Positions 1 to 9,822 of a DNA stretch of 51,416 nucleotides are shown here, piece after piece. The DNA comes from a virus (lineage: Duplodnaviria; Caudoviricetes). Under the pieces are notes generated by a model. The model had not been told where the DNA came from. It ran no database searches and saw nothing but the letters and a program-made list of their open reading frames with translations. The stretch is taken from positions 1 to 51,416 of the IMG/VR virus record IMGVR_UViG_3300017913_000244; one strand, 5' to 3'. The translations under genes were made by a program, and so were the position numbers. The stretch's first letter is position 1. Each line of letters opens with the position of its first letter.

Positions 1-507
1 ACAGCAACTCTAGCAACTCCTGGATTTGCAGGTAACTACACTGGTAATTACTCACGTGACTTCGCTGGTGAATACACTGGTAATTACTCACGTGCATTCG
101 CAGGTAATTACACTGGTAACTACAGTCGAGTATTTGCTGGTCAGTACACTGGTACATTCTCTTCTGATTACGTAGGCAACTATGTTGGTAATTATGCACG
201 TACGTTTACGGGTGAGTATACTGGAACGTATAACAGATCGTTCGTAGGTAACTACTCACGTGTCCGTGTATCAGCATACTCACGTCTACGTACGTCTGCT
301 TACACTGGTACTTACTCACGTGATCGAGTTTCTACATACGTCGGTGACTTTATCGGTGACTATGCTCGTAACTTTGCTGGTAATTATACGCGTTCGTTTG
401 AAGGTAACTATGCAAGGTCGTTCCTAGGCAACTATGTCGGTGCAACGATTTCTGATAGTCTGACAAACGTTACTGAAACATATACACTATACGTGAGGGT
501 TGCATAA
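1..507 (+). CDS. 3' end of a repetitive fibre/adhesin-like structural protein (partial, not in ORF track)
   Basis: Frame 1 is open from base 1 to TAA at 505-507 and reads ...FAGNYTGNYSRDFAGEYTGNYSRAFAGNYTGNYSR...TYTLYVRVA*, with an aromatic residue every 4th position. Confidence 0.8.
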   Translation, partial: TATLATPGFAGNYTGNYSRDFAGEYTGNYSRAFAGNYTGNYSRVFAGQYTGTFSSDYVGNYVGNYARTFTGEYTGTYNRSFVGNYSRVRVSAYSRLRTSAYTGTYSRDRVSTYVGDFIGDYARNFAGNYTRSFEGNYARSFLGNYVGATISDSLTNVTETYTLYVRVA

Positions 508-528
508 GCACCCTCACTGTGATATAAT
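500..528 (+). promoter_or_regulatory. sigma70-type promoter
   Basis: TTGCAT(500-505)-17 bp-TATAAT(523-528) with extended -10 TG. Confidence 0.6.
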
Positions 529-532
529 AGTC

Positions 533-564
533 AAAACGGGTCATTCACGTGGCCCGTTTTATTT
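533..564 (+). terminator. stem-loop, probable intrinsic terminator
   Basis: AAAACGGGTCA-ttcacg-TGGCCCGTTTT followed by ATTT; outer arms TAGTCAA/TTGACTA. Confidence 0.55.
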
Positions 565-610
565 GACTACTATATACATTTGAATTGAATTGAACTCTTT
601 GGAGATATAG

Positions 611-1072
611 ATGAGTTATAAGCGATGGATGGATAATGCATTCTGGGAAACAGATCAGAAACAAGAACTAAACTGTATCCTAGAACTTGAAGATGATGTC
701 GGTCGTGTTACACGACAACAAATGTTTTTACATCGTCATAACAAAGATGGAAGTGAAAACGAACTGTTTAATGAAGTAGTTGATGCGCTAAGTGAAGCGC
801 GAATTGACGAGGAAACTGAGGCACGTGTCATTCGTAAGAAGGCAGAGGCTGAAGAATCTAAGATTCGTGAAGAAGAACACAACAAGGCGCGTAAACTAGA
901 AAAACTATTCAACTACAAACTAGAAGCGTTTGAGGTTGAAGAGATTAAAAACTCTAAGAACCGCAAGTTGAAGGCGAAATTGCGTCGTGCAAAATCTAAG
1001 ATCGAAGTGGATATGTACTCGATCATGATTCTACAAGAGCAACTAGAGGCCGAGACAGATGGAGAAGAGTAA
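611..1072 (+). CDS. hypothetical protein (charged, C-terminal coiled coil)
   Basis: 153 aa ORF with GGAGA SD; overlaps the next ORF; no recognisable motif. Confidence 0.75.
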   Translation: MSYKRWMDNAFWETDQKQELNCILELEDDVGRVTRQQMFLHRHNKDGSENELFNEVVDALSEARIDEETEARVIRKKAEAEESKIREEEHNKARKLEKLFNYKLEAFEVEEIKNSKNRKLKAKLRRAKSKIEVDMYSIMILQEQLEAETDGEE

Positions 1073-1787
1073 AGGTTTTATTATTGTTGCGTCTAAGAAT
1101 CGCAACTTTTATTTGTACGCAATCAACCTAGCAGAATCGATTCGAGACTACTATGAGGATTGTAAGATCTGTCTAGTGACAGAAGAACGATTTATTGATG
1201 CACGGGGTGAAGATGTTGCGGATGATATTATCTTCTGTGATGACCACTACCGTGCAAAGTTATGGGGTATGGCTAAGTCACCGTATGACATAACAATGTA
1301 CATTGACGCTGATATGGAAGTAGAGCATGAAGATATCGTCAATGTATGGGATGAACTAAAGGACCATGATATGGTCTTTACTGCGTTAACCGATGACCGT
1401 AGTTACATCTATGCGGAGCGTGACTTTGATACACCGGAAGGTAAAGCAAAGTTCACATTGTGCGGTGCAGTATGTCTATATGATATGAGCAAACCAATTG
1501 TACGTGAGTTCATGGATGATTGGTGGGACTTAACGTATCGTCAGATGAACGATACTTGGTGGCCCGATGGGTATGCAGACAGTCTCAAGTCTTGGGATCA
1601 GTTCTCGCTCTGGTGGTTGACCAACAAAGAAGAAAAGTATAAGGATCTCAAGGTCGGTATCTTTGATGACGATTTGAGATGGAACTATTATAACGCTCTT
1701 AATTGGGCGAGGACAAAACCTGAGACAGGACCAGTGATCATTCGTCACTTCTCGGCAGGTTTAAATAAGGATACTCCAATCATATGA
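1059..1787 (+). CDS. GT-A fold glycosyltransferase / nucleotide-diphospho-sugar transferase
   Basis: SPYDITMYIDADM (DxD after a beta strand), WDQFSL and C-terminal IIRH motifs like GT8-type enzymes. Confidence 0.7.
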   Translation: MEKSKGFIIVASKNRNFYLYAINLAESIRDYYEDCKICLVTEERFIDARGEDVADDIIFCDDHYRAKLWGMAKSPYDITMYIDADMEVEHEDIVNVWDELKDHDMVFTALTDDRSYIYAERDFDTPEGKAKFTLCGAVCLYDMSKPIVREFMDDWWDLTYRQMNDTWWPDGYADSLKSWDQFSLWWLTNKEEKYKDLKVGIFDDDLRWNYYNALNWARTKPETGPVIIRHFSAGLNKDTPII

Positions 1788-2491
1788 CACAGGTAAACGA
1801 TCAATATCTAAAGCACGTGGATGTTAAAAACCCAGAATTGCTTGAGATCCTAGATCAGTATGCAAAACTGCATACGATGGAAGGTTTCAAAGAAAACTGT
1901 CATTTGACTGCGGCACAGCAGATTCGTCAACGTCCATTCTACGTTGGCGAGAAGTATATGCAACAGGTTGTTAACGAAGGCACACGTCACGACGGGTTCC
2001 CAGAATCTCTAGTTGCATACAACTTTAAGTTGTCCGACAAGTCTCACCAGATGTTTGAACCAAATGCTGATCCAATCTTCAAGCGCGATATGACACACCA
2101 TCTACGTGATTTGAATGACAAGATGATGAACTTCTTGTCTGTAAAGCATAACGCGCTTGCAGCGGTATACCCACCAGGCGGTTTTATCTCTTGGCATAAC
2201 AATGCAAATGCTCCTGGTTTCAATTTAATTTTCTCTTACTCAGAAGACGGTTCTGGTTATTTTGATTACATCCATCCAGAGACTAAAGAAGTCATTCGTT
2301 GCCAAGACAAGCCAGGTCAGTGGACATGCAAGGCCGCGTACTTCGGTCACTATGACGAACCAAATAAGTTGATGTATCACGCCGCATCCACAGAAGACTG
2401 GCGCGTTACAGTTTCTTATGTATTTGATTGGTCAGATACATCTGAAGGCTTTCGTGAAATGGTTCTAGAAGACATTTCTTCTGATTATTAA
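1784..2491 (+). CDS. Fe(II)/2OG-dependent oxygenase-like protein (paralog 1)
   Basis: YPPGGFISWHNN...MYHAA...WRVT; double-stranded beta-helix pattern; paralogous to 24240 and 48281. Confidence 0.6.
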   Translation: MTQVNDQYLKHVDVKNPELLEILDQYAKLHTMEGFKENCHLTAAQQIRQRPFYVGEKYMQQVVNEGTRHDGFPESLVAYNFKLSDKSHQMFEPNADPIFKRDMTHHLRDLNDKMMNFLSVKHNALAAVYPPGGFISWHNNANAPGFNLIFSYSEDGSGYFDYIHPETKEVIRCQDKPGQWTCKAAYFGHYDEPNKLMYHAASTEDWRVTVSYVFDWSDTSEGFREMVLEDISSDY

Positions 2492-2510
2492 TTTCTTACT
2501 CCCTAAGTTG

Positions 2511-2518
2511 TATAAATA
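2511..2518 (+). promoter_or_regulatory. T4-type late promoter
   Basis: Intergenic TATAAATA upstream of structural genes. Confidence 0.8.
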
Positions 2519-2553
2519 GAAGAAAACGTTTATACACTTAGGGTCTTTCAGAC

Positions 2554-2910
2554 ATGGCGCATTACGAAGATTTTACAATTGATCAAGGTTCAGATTTAGC
2601 CTTGCAATTGGAATTAGTTAATCCTGACGGATCGACTAAAGATCTAACTGGTCATACTGCATCGGCAAAGATGAAAAAGAACTATAATAGTTCGGCAGAT
2701 GCAACAGTAGATTTTAACGCCATCGTTGCAGATCCACCTACAAGTGGCGTAGTCACGTTATCCCTTACTCATGGACAGACTGATGCCCTGTCTACTCGTG
2801 GTCGTTATGTGTATGATGTAGAGATATCATACGTCGATGGCGATGGCAATGAAATCGTAGAAAGAGTACTTGAAGGTAAAATAAAAGTAAGCCCTTCAGT
2901 CACAAGGTAA
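2554..2910 (+). CDS. virion structural protein (BppU-like Ig-type domain)
   Basis: TIDQGSD...DLTG...GRYVYDVEI...RVLEG pattern common in phage baseplate/fibre-associated proteins; follows a late promoter. Confidence 0.55.
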   Translation: MAHYEDFTIDQGSDLALQLELVNPDGSTKDLTGHTASAKMKKNYNSSADATVDFNAIVADPPTSGVVTLSLTHGQTDALSTRGRYVYDVEISYVDGDGNEIVERVLEGKIKVSPSVTR

Positions 2911-2914
2911 TTAT

Positions 2915-3793
2915 ATGCCTATTCGAAAGGTTTCTAAAACATCTCAAGACTTTTCAGTCAAGCGCATTGAAGGTATTCGAACAGGTACGACTAAAGTTCG
3001 AAGAATCACTGTTGGCAGACCAGTCAGCAGCGTAATTCAGAATATCGGCGCAAATATTAAAACATTCGATGGACTAGGTGATATTCCTGGTATCGAAGAG
3101 TTAAGGCTTGGCGAGATTGGCATCAATACTCAAGATGGTAAATTATATATTAAGCGAGAGTATGATGGCGTACAAACAATTGTAGAAATTGGCGGTGGTG
3201 CTGGAGAAGGTAATCTATCAGCCACGACAACATTCAATGCATACATTTATACTTCAGACGGTACTTTAGAAGTAGTAGGAGGTCCAGATGATGCAGGTAA
3301 TGTTTTACAATATGATCCAGACCCTAATACACCATCCCGAATACAAGTTTATCTGAACGGTGTTTTGTTACATCAAGGCATCGACTATACTGCGACTGAT
3401 GGCGCGACAATTTCTTTAACACACGTTGTAGATGATGAACAAGTTGTTCAAGTTGCTGCCTACAACTCAACGGGTGTTTCTTTGGGAAATGATCTAATAT
3501 TAGATGATCATTTCTCTTTCACTGTAGGCACAAACGAAGAAACCCGACTTTATCACAACGGTGTAGATACTATTATTAAGCATAATGGATTTAATGATAG
3601 TCTTTTTAAAATAAAATATGCGAATGATGATAAATTTATTTTGGGTGATGCCGGCGTTCAACTTCTTGGACACTATACATTAAACGGTCAACCTGTTGTT
3701 ACACAAACAGAAATTGACCTAATTAATTCTCGAATCGACTCATTAGACAGTGACATTCAAGAAATAAAGTCTATTTTGTCACAACTTGTCTAA
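2915..3793 (+). CDS. tail fibre/baseplate-associated structural protein
   Basis: GEIGINTQDGKLYIK fibre N-terminal-type motif, VYLNGVLL..GIDY domain, C-terminal coiled coil. Confidence 0.55.
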   Translation: MPIRKVSKTSQDFSVKRIEGIRTGTTKVRRITVGRPVSSVIQNIGANIKTFDGLGDIPGIEELRLGEIGINTQDGKLYIKREYDGVQTIVEIGGGAGEGNLSATTTFNAYIYTSDGTLEVVGGPDDAGNVLQYDPDPNTPSRIQVYLNGVLLHQGIDYTATDGATISLTHVVDDEQVVQVAAYNSTGVSLGNDLILDDHFSFTVGTNEETRLYHNGVDTIIKHNGFNDSLFKIKYANDDKFILGDAGVQLLGHYTLNGQPVVTQTEIDLINSRIDSLDSDIQEIKSILSQLV

Positions 3794-3823
3794 TAATAAT
3801 AGTCTGGTTAAACTCGTTTTTAA

Positions 3824-3831
3824 TATAAATA
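3824..3831 (+). promoter_or_regulatory. T4-type late promoter
   Basis: Intergenic TATAAATA. Confidence 0.8.
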
Positions 3832-3867
3832 AAAACAGTATATTAACCACCCTTAGTATCCCACACT

Positions 3868-4227
3868 ATGATTAATAACAAGTCTTTCAATAGAGTGCTT
3901 GCTGAAAGTTTATTTAACTTAGCCAAGCAGAAACAGGACCAAGTCGCTGTCACGCCTGGGCAAGAAACTCAACTTTTTGAATATATTGAAGGCACTTCAT
4001 CATCAACAAATGATCGCACTGTTATTCCAGAATCACAGGCGTTCATTGCTCCAGGCGATACCGCCATATTTCCTTTGAATGGAACACCCGCACGTGATGA
4101 TTTAATTGATGTTTGGGTAAATGATGTTCTTCAACATCCTGAAGAAATATATGAAACAATCGGGGATACTATTCAGTTCTTTGAAATCCCTCCCGCTGGG
4201 ACGGACATCTATATTAAATTTCGTTAG
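3868..4227 (+). CDS. structural protein (single VxxNxVxQ beta domain)
   Basis: IDVWVNDVLQHPEEIY resembles domains in the 2915 and 4277 ORFs. Confidence 0.55.
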   Translation: MINNKSFNRVLAESLFNLAKQKQDQVAVTPGQETQLFEYIEGTSSSTNDRTVIPESQAFIAPGDTAIFPLNGTPARDDLIDVWVNDVLQHPEEIYETIGDTIQFFEIPPAGTDIYIKFR

Positions 4228-4276
4228 TATATTATTAAACGTTTAATTTCAAACCTAACTACCGGAGATTACAAGT

Positions 4277-7200
4277 ATGTCATTTAGACAGATTAAATCA
4301 CCAGCATTAGCCGATAAAGCGGTCATTAATACCAAACTTGACGAAAGTGCGGTACAAGGACAAGCAGAACTACAGGGAATGGTTAACCCTGCGGACTGTT
4401 TTACCCTTTTGTATGACGTAAATTCTGACTCGCTAAAGAAAATCGGTGCTGACGACTTCTTTAGTTCGTTCTCAACAACGGATCTAACAGAAGGCGATAA
4501 CCTATACTTTACTCCTGCACGTGCTAAAGAAGCAGTTGCACAAGATATCGCGGATGCGGTAGCAACAGAAACTTCTCGAGCCACAGCTGCAGAAGCCCTA
4601 CTACAACAAAACATCGACGCAGAAGAAGCGGCACGTATTGCTGCGGACGCAAGTTTACAGGCTGCAATCGATGGCGAGATCGCTCGCGCAACTGCACGTG
4701 AAAATGCAATTGAGCTTGGATATCAGACAGCAGATAGTGCTATCAACACTCGTATTGATAACATCATCTCTAACACTGATCCAGCTGCATTGGATTCACT
4801 TGCAGAAATCGTTGCTGCATTCCAAGACGCGGATAGCGTACTAACTGCATCTGTCGTTGCAAACGCAACTGCAATTTCTGATGAAGTTACTCGTGCAACT
4901 ACAGCAGAAGCAGATCTACAATCACAGATCACTTCTGAAGTTACTGCCCGTACTACTGGCGATGCAACTCTACAAGCTGCTCTAAACACAGAAACATCTG
5001 CTCGTATCGCAGGCGACAATGCTCTAGACGCACGTTTGACTACAGAAGAAGGTAATGTAGATCAACTACAATCAGACCTTGCTGATGAAATCACACGCGC
5101 AACTGGTGCTGAAGCAGTAATCGCACAAGATCTTGCTGATGAGGTTGCTCGTGCAACAGCGGCAGAAGCTGCAAACGCACAGTCAATCCAAGACGAAATC
5201 AACGCACGTGCCGCTGCTGACACTCAAGTCCGCACCGACATGACTGCTGCAATTAACTCTGGTGACGCTGCAACTCTACAATCAGCGAAAGATCACGATG
5301 ATCTATTGATCGGTGATGCAACTGTTGACGGTACTGCTGGCAACACTGTAACTGATCGCATCGCAACTGCACTATCATCTGCTAACTCTAAGACAGACGC
5401 AGATGTTGCTGCAGAACAGGCTGCTCGTGAAGCAGCAGACTCAGACCTACAAGCAGGTCTAGACGCAGAAATCGCTCGTGCGACTGCTGCAGAGCAACAG
5501 ATCTCATCTGACTTGGCTGCAGAAGTTACTCGTGCAACTGGCGAAGAAACTCGTATCGAAGCAAAAGTTGATAACATCATCTCTAACACTGATCCAGCTG
5601 CATTGGATTCATTGACTGAGATCGTTACTGCATTCGAATCTGCGGATTCAGATATGAGCGCTTTGATTTCTTCAAACACTGTTGCAATCTCAACAGAAGC
5701 ATCTACTCGTGCATCTGCTGACACTGCACTACAAAATGCAATCAATGCTGAAGCGGCAACACGTGGAACTGCTGATGCAGATCTACAGGCACAAATCGAC
5801 GCAATCGAACTAGATTACGTTGAGCGTGACTCAGACGTTCTTGCTGCAGCAAAAGCATACACAGATCAAGAAGCAGATCTACATCAAGCGGCTGCAATTG
5901 CACACGCTGATGCACAAGACGCTGCCCTAATCGGTGACGCAACAGTAGATGGTACTGCAGGTAACACTGTTTCTGCACGTATCGCAACTGCAAAGCAAGA
6001 GTCTAATGACTTTGCTCAAGGTCTAGTAGACGCAGAAGAAGCTGCTCGTATTGCTGCGGATGACGCACTATCCCTACGCGCTACTTCACTAGAAGGTCGT
6101 ATGGATGATGCTGAAACAGACATCGATCAAAACACAACAGACCTACGTGCAGAAGAAGTTGCACGTGCCGCTGGTGATGCGACTCTACAGTCTAATATCG
6201 ATGCAGAAGCAACTGCTCGTGCTAACGCAGACACTACACTTCAAAACAATATCGATGCAGAAGAAACTGCACGTATTGCTGGTGATGCTGCACTACAACA
6301 GCAGATCACAGACGAAGTTACTCGTGCCACTGGTATTGAGGCAGGTCTACGTGCAGACGTAGATGCAAACACTCAAGGTGTTGCTACAAACGCATCTGCA
6401 ATCAACGTTGAGCGCACACGTGCAATGGCTGCGGAAGCTGCAAACGCACAAGCAATCGCTGATGAAGAAACACGCGCACAAGCTGCAGAAGCAGTTAATG
6501 CACAAGCAATCGCAGACGAAACTACACGCGCTACTGGCGTTGAAGCAGGTCTACGTACAGACGTTGACGCAAACACTGCATCTATCGCAGGTCTAGATTC
6601 AGATCTAGGCGCAGAAGAGTTATTGCGTATCGCTGGTGATGCTGCACTACAACAGCAGATCACAGACGAAATTGCCCGTGCTACTGCCGCTGAAATTGCA
6701 AACGCAAACGCAATTTCTGCTGAAGTTACTCGCGCCACAGGTGTTGAAGCTGGTCTACGCACTGACGTTGATGCAAACGCATCTGACATCGGTGATCTAC
6801 AGTCAGATCTACAAGACGAAATCAATCGTGCAACTGCTGCTGAACTTGCAAACTCGCAAGCAATCCAAGCAGAAGTTACTCGTGCAACTGGTGTCGAAGC
6901 AGGTCTACGTACAGACGTTGATACAGTTACTGGACGTGTTGATGCAATCATCGGTACTTCACCAGAAACTCTAGACACACTACAAGAAATCGTTGCTGCA
7001 TTCGAAGACGCAGACAGTGACCTACAAGCAGTTATCTCTGCAAACTCTGGTCGCTTGACTGTCAACGAAGGCGATATCGACGCACTAGAAGTACGCGCAA
7101 CTGATCTAGAATCACGTGCAACTGCTGTAGAAGGTCGCGCAACTGCACTTGAGACAGAGCAATCTGCTCAGGGTGGACGTTTGACTGTCAACGAAGGTGA

Positions 7201-9748
7201 CATTGACGCTCTAGAAACTAAGGTCGGAACTGCATCTCTACAAACAGTTGCAACTGATCTATCAGCAGCAATCAACGAACTACACGCAGAAATCGACGCT
7301 GACGTTGCTGATCACTCAGCACTAGAAGCTCGTGTAACAACTGCGGAAGGTGAAATCGACGTTCTTCAGAGCGAGATGGATGCCGTCGAACTACGTGCAA
7401 CTTCACTAGAAGGTCGCGCAACAGTTAACGAAGGTGACATCGACGATCTAGAAGCAAAAGTTGGTGTTGGTGGTCTAGACACTGCTGCAACTACTCTAGT
7501 TGGTGCAGTCAACGAACTACACACTCAAGCAGACTCTAACACTTCACGTGTTGGTGTTCTAGAAGGCGAAATGGATGCAGTCGAAGGTCGTGCAACTGTC
7601 CTAGAAGGACGTGCAGATGGTCACGATTCAGACATTTCCGTACTAGCGGGTCGCGTAACAGTTAACGAAGGTGACATCGATTCTCTAGAATCTAAGATGG
7701 GTACTGGCGCATTCAACACAACAGCACAGACTGTTGTTGGTGCGGTTAACGAAGTACACGGCGAAGTTGACGCGGCAGTCGCACGTATCGACGGTCACGA
7801 TTCTGACATCGCTGCAAACTCAGCTGCTATCGCTGCAGAAGTTACACGCGCTACAGACGAAGAAGCACTTATCCGTGCAGAATTCGCTGCGGCAGACGTT
7901 GTCGTTACTAACGCATACATCGCGGCAGACGCAGTTGTTGCATCAAATGCAGCAACAGACGCGACAAACAAAGCAAACACTGCTGAAGCTAACGCTAAGG
8001 TATACGCAGATGGTATCGTCGCCGCAGAAGCGACTCTACGTGAAAACGCAGATGACGTACTAGACGCGAAGATTGACACAGAAATCAATGCACGTCAGGT
8101 TGCTGATAACGCACTAGATTCGCGTCTAGGTGTTGTCGAGTCAGAAATGACTGCAACTCAGATCGCTGCTGGTGTTAATCCAGATGGCACATATGTACAG
8201 CCATCAAACACAAACTACATCGACCTATCTACATCTCTAGCGGATGCTGATCAGAAGTTGGATGCTGCTATCAAGGCAGTTGACACAGGTCGTTTGGCAA
8301 TTGAATCTTCACTACAATCTCAGATTGATGCTGAAGAAGCTGCTCGAATTGCGGGTGACTCAGATCTATCAGACGCACTAGCGGCTGAAGTTCTACGTGC
8401 AACTACAGCAGAACAAGCAAATGCCACTAACATCGCAACAAACGCTCAAGCAATTGCGGACGAGTCTTCACGTGCACAGGGTGTTGAGTCATCTCTACAA
8501 GATCAGATTGACTTCATCACTTCTAACACTGACTCTGCGGCACTAGATTCGCTAACTGAGATCGTTGCTGCATTCCAGAGCGCAGATGGTACTCTAACTG
8601 GTCTAATCCAGCAGAACCAAACTGACATTGCAACTAACGCATCTGGTCTTGCACAAGAGATCACTGATCGTGCAGCACAAGGTGCGGCGATTCGCGGTGA
8701 GTTCGCTGCTGCTGATGCACTATTGCAAGCGGCAATCGACACTAAGGTGAGCAAAGCTGGCGATACAATGTCTGGTGTCCTAAACATGGGCAACAACAAG
8801 GTTGTATCTGTTGCAGATGGCACAAACACTAAGGACGCAGTAAACAAGGGTCAGTTGGATGCAGGTCTTGCTGCACAACACATCTCTCAGTTTACTACTG
8901 ACGACCTAACAGAAGGTTCAAACCTTTACTACACAGACGCACGTTCTCGTGCTGCATTCTCTGTCACAGACGTAGACGGTGAAGGTAATGTTTCTTATGA
9001 CAACGCTTCGGGTGTTCTATCAGTATCAACTGGTAAGGCATTCACAGAGTTGGAAGACGTTACAGATTCAGCTCTAGGTTCTGCGAAGGCAGGATATGTT
9101 GCTCGTGTACGTACTGACGGTACTGCAATCGAACTTGTTGATCCAGCAGAACTACAGTTCAACGATGCTAAGCGCCAGACAATCAATGGTGACGGTGCAC
9201 AGACAGTATTCGCACTAGACTTCTACACAGCAGAAGCTAACGCGATGGTCTTCGTTGGTGGTGTAATTCAGGATCCAACAACTCACTACTCTATCGATGC
9301 AACTGCACAGCAGATCACATTCAACTCAGCAATTCCAGTTGGCACACAGGCGGTTATCATCGCTCAGTCAACTAATTCAGTTGGTGTACTAGATCCTAAG
9401 TCTGTTGGTGTTGAGACGTTCGCGGACAACATCAAACCTGCAGTACAGGGTGTTGACGTACTAGTTGGTACCTCAGCAACAGTAGTATCTTCATTCAATG
9501 CTTCTACAACTCGCGCTGCGAAGTTCATCGTAACTGTTGATCTAAACGGCGAACACGAAGTACGTGAGTGTATGGTTGTCCACGATGGAACTACTGCATA
9601 CATCAACGAGTACGGAATTGTATTCACTGGTTCATCTCTACTAGGTGATACAGACGTACAAATGACTGGTGGCACTGTTGAGCTAACGTACACTGCGGTT
9701 TCTGCAGGTGCGGTAGTCAAGGTCACTAAGACTAGCGTTGACGTATAA
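4277..9748 (+). CDS. very long coiled-coil tail fibre/whisker-like protein (1823 aa)
   Basis: Ala-rich EVTRATAAE / EEAARIAGD repeats, repeated PxxLDS/TLxEIVAAF fibre motif, YadA-like DGTNTKDAVNKGQL neck; located before gp13 (fibritin position in T4). Confidence 0.75.
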   Translation: MSFRQIKSPALADKAVINTKLDESAVQGQAELQGMVNPADCFTLLYDVNSDSLKKIGADDFFSSFSTTDLTEGDNLYFTPARAKEAVAQDIADAVATETSRATAAEALLQQNIDAEEAARIAADASLQAAIDGEIARATARENAIELGYQTADSAINTRIDNIISNTDPAALDSLAEIVAAFQDADSVLTASVVANATAISDEVTRATTAEADLQSQITSEVTARTTGDATLQAALNTETSARIAGDNALDARLTTEEGNVDQLQSDLADEITRATGAEAVIAQDLADEVARATAAEAANAQSIQDEINARAAADTQVRTDMTAAINSGDAATLQSAKDHDDLLIGDATVDGTAGNTVTDRIATALSSANSKTDADVAAEQAAREAADSDLQAGLDAEIARATAAEQQISSDLAAEVTRATGEETRIEAKVDNIISNTDPAALDSLTEIVTAFESADSDMSALISSNTVAISTEASTRASADTALQNAINAEAATRGTADADLQAQIDAIELDYVERDSDVLAAAKAYTDQEADLHQAAAIAHADAQDAALIGDATVDGTAGNTVSARIATAKQESNDFAQGLVDAEEAARIAADDALSLRATSLEGRMDDAETDIDQNTTDLRAEEVARAAGDATLQSNIDAEATARANADTTLQNNIDAEETARIAGDAALQQQITDEVTRATGIEAGLRADVDANTQGVATNASAINVERTRAMAAEAANAQAIADEETRAQAAEAVNAQAIADETTRATGVEAGLRTDVDANTASIAGLDSDLGAEELLRIAGDAALQQQITDEIARATAAEIANANAISAEVTRATGVEAGLRTDVDANASDIGDLQSDLQDEINRATAAELANSQAIQAEVTRATGVEAGLRTDVDTVTGRVDAIIGTSPETLDTLQEIVAAFEDADSDLQAVISANSGRLTVNEGDIDALEVRATDLESRATAVEGRATALETEQSAQGGRLTVNEGDIDALETKVGTASLQTVATDLSAAINELHAEIDADVADHSALEARVTTAEGEIDVLQSEMDAVELRATSLEGRATVNEGDIDDLEAKVGVGGLDTAATTLVGAVNELHTQADSNTSRVGVLEGEMDAVEGRATVLEGRADGHDSDISVLAGRVTVNEGDIDSLESKMGTGAFNTTAQTVVGAVNEVHGEVDAAVARIDGHDSDIAANSAAIAAEVTRATDEEALIRAEFAAADVVVTNAYIAADAVVASNAATDATNKANTAEANAKVYADGIVAAEATLRENADDVLDAKIDTEINARQVADNALDSRLGVVESEMTATQIAAGVNPDGTYVQPSNTNYIDLSTSLADADQKLDAAIKAVDTGRLAIESSLQSQIDAEEAARIAGDSDLSDALAAEVLRATTAEQANATNIATNAQAIADESSRAQGVESSLQDQIDFITSNTDSAALDSLTEIVAAFQSADGTLTGLIQQNQTDIATNASGLAQEITDRAAQGAAIRGEFAAADALLQAAIDTKVSKAGDTMSGVLNMGNNKVVSVADGTNTKDAVNKGQLDAGLAAQHISQFTTDDLTEGSNLYYTDARSRAAFSVTDVDGEGNVSYDNASGVLSVSTGKAFTELEDVTDSALGSAKAGYVARVRTDGTAIELVDPAELQFNDAKRQTINGDGAQTVFALDFYTAEANAMVFVGGVIQDPTTHYSIDATAQQITFNSAIPVGTQAVIIAQSTNSVGVLDPKSVGVETFADNIKPAVQGVDVLVGTSATVVSSFNASTTRAAKFIVTVDLNGEHEVRECMVVHDGTTAYINEYGIVFTGSSLLGDTDVQMTGGTVELTYTAVSAGAVVKVTKTSVDV
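4755..5611 (+). repeat. 44-nt exact direct repeat pair inside the fibre gene (4755-4798 and 5568-5611)
   Basis: TTGATAACATCATCTCTAACACTGATCCAGCTGCATTGGATTCA occurs twice. Confidence 0.85.
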
Positions 9749-9773
9749 GTCATTTAACTTAATATGATAACTC

Positions 9774-9794
9774 GGGGGAGCATCATGTTCCCCC
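9774..9794 (+). other. intergenic stem-loop without a U-tract
   Basis: GGGGGAGCA-tca-TGTTCCCCC between the two fibre genes. Confidence 0.5.
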
Positions 9795-9822
9795 ATCTCT
9801 ACTTTCTAAAAGGTAAACAAAA

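Noticed and set aside
1-450. Repeats as a possible CRISPR array or DGR variable region
   Set aside because: They are in-frame degenerate coding repeats without unique spacers; no reverse transcriptase or template repeat lies in the window
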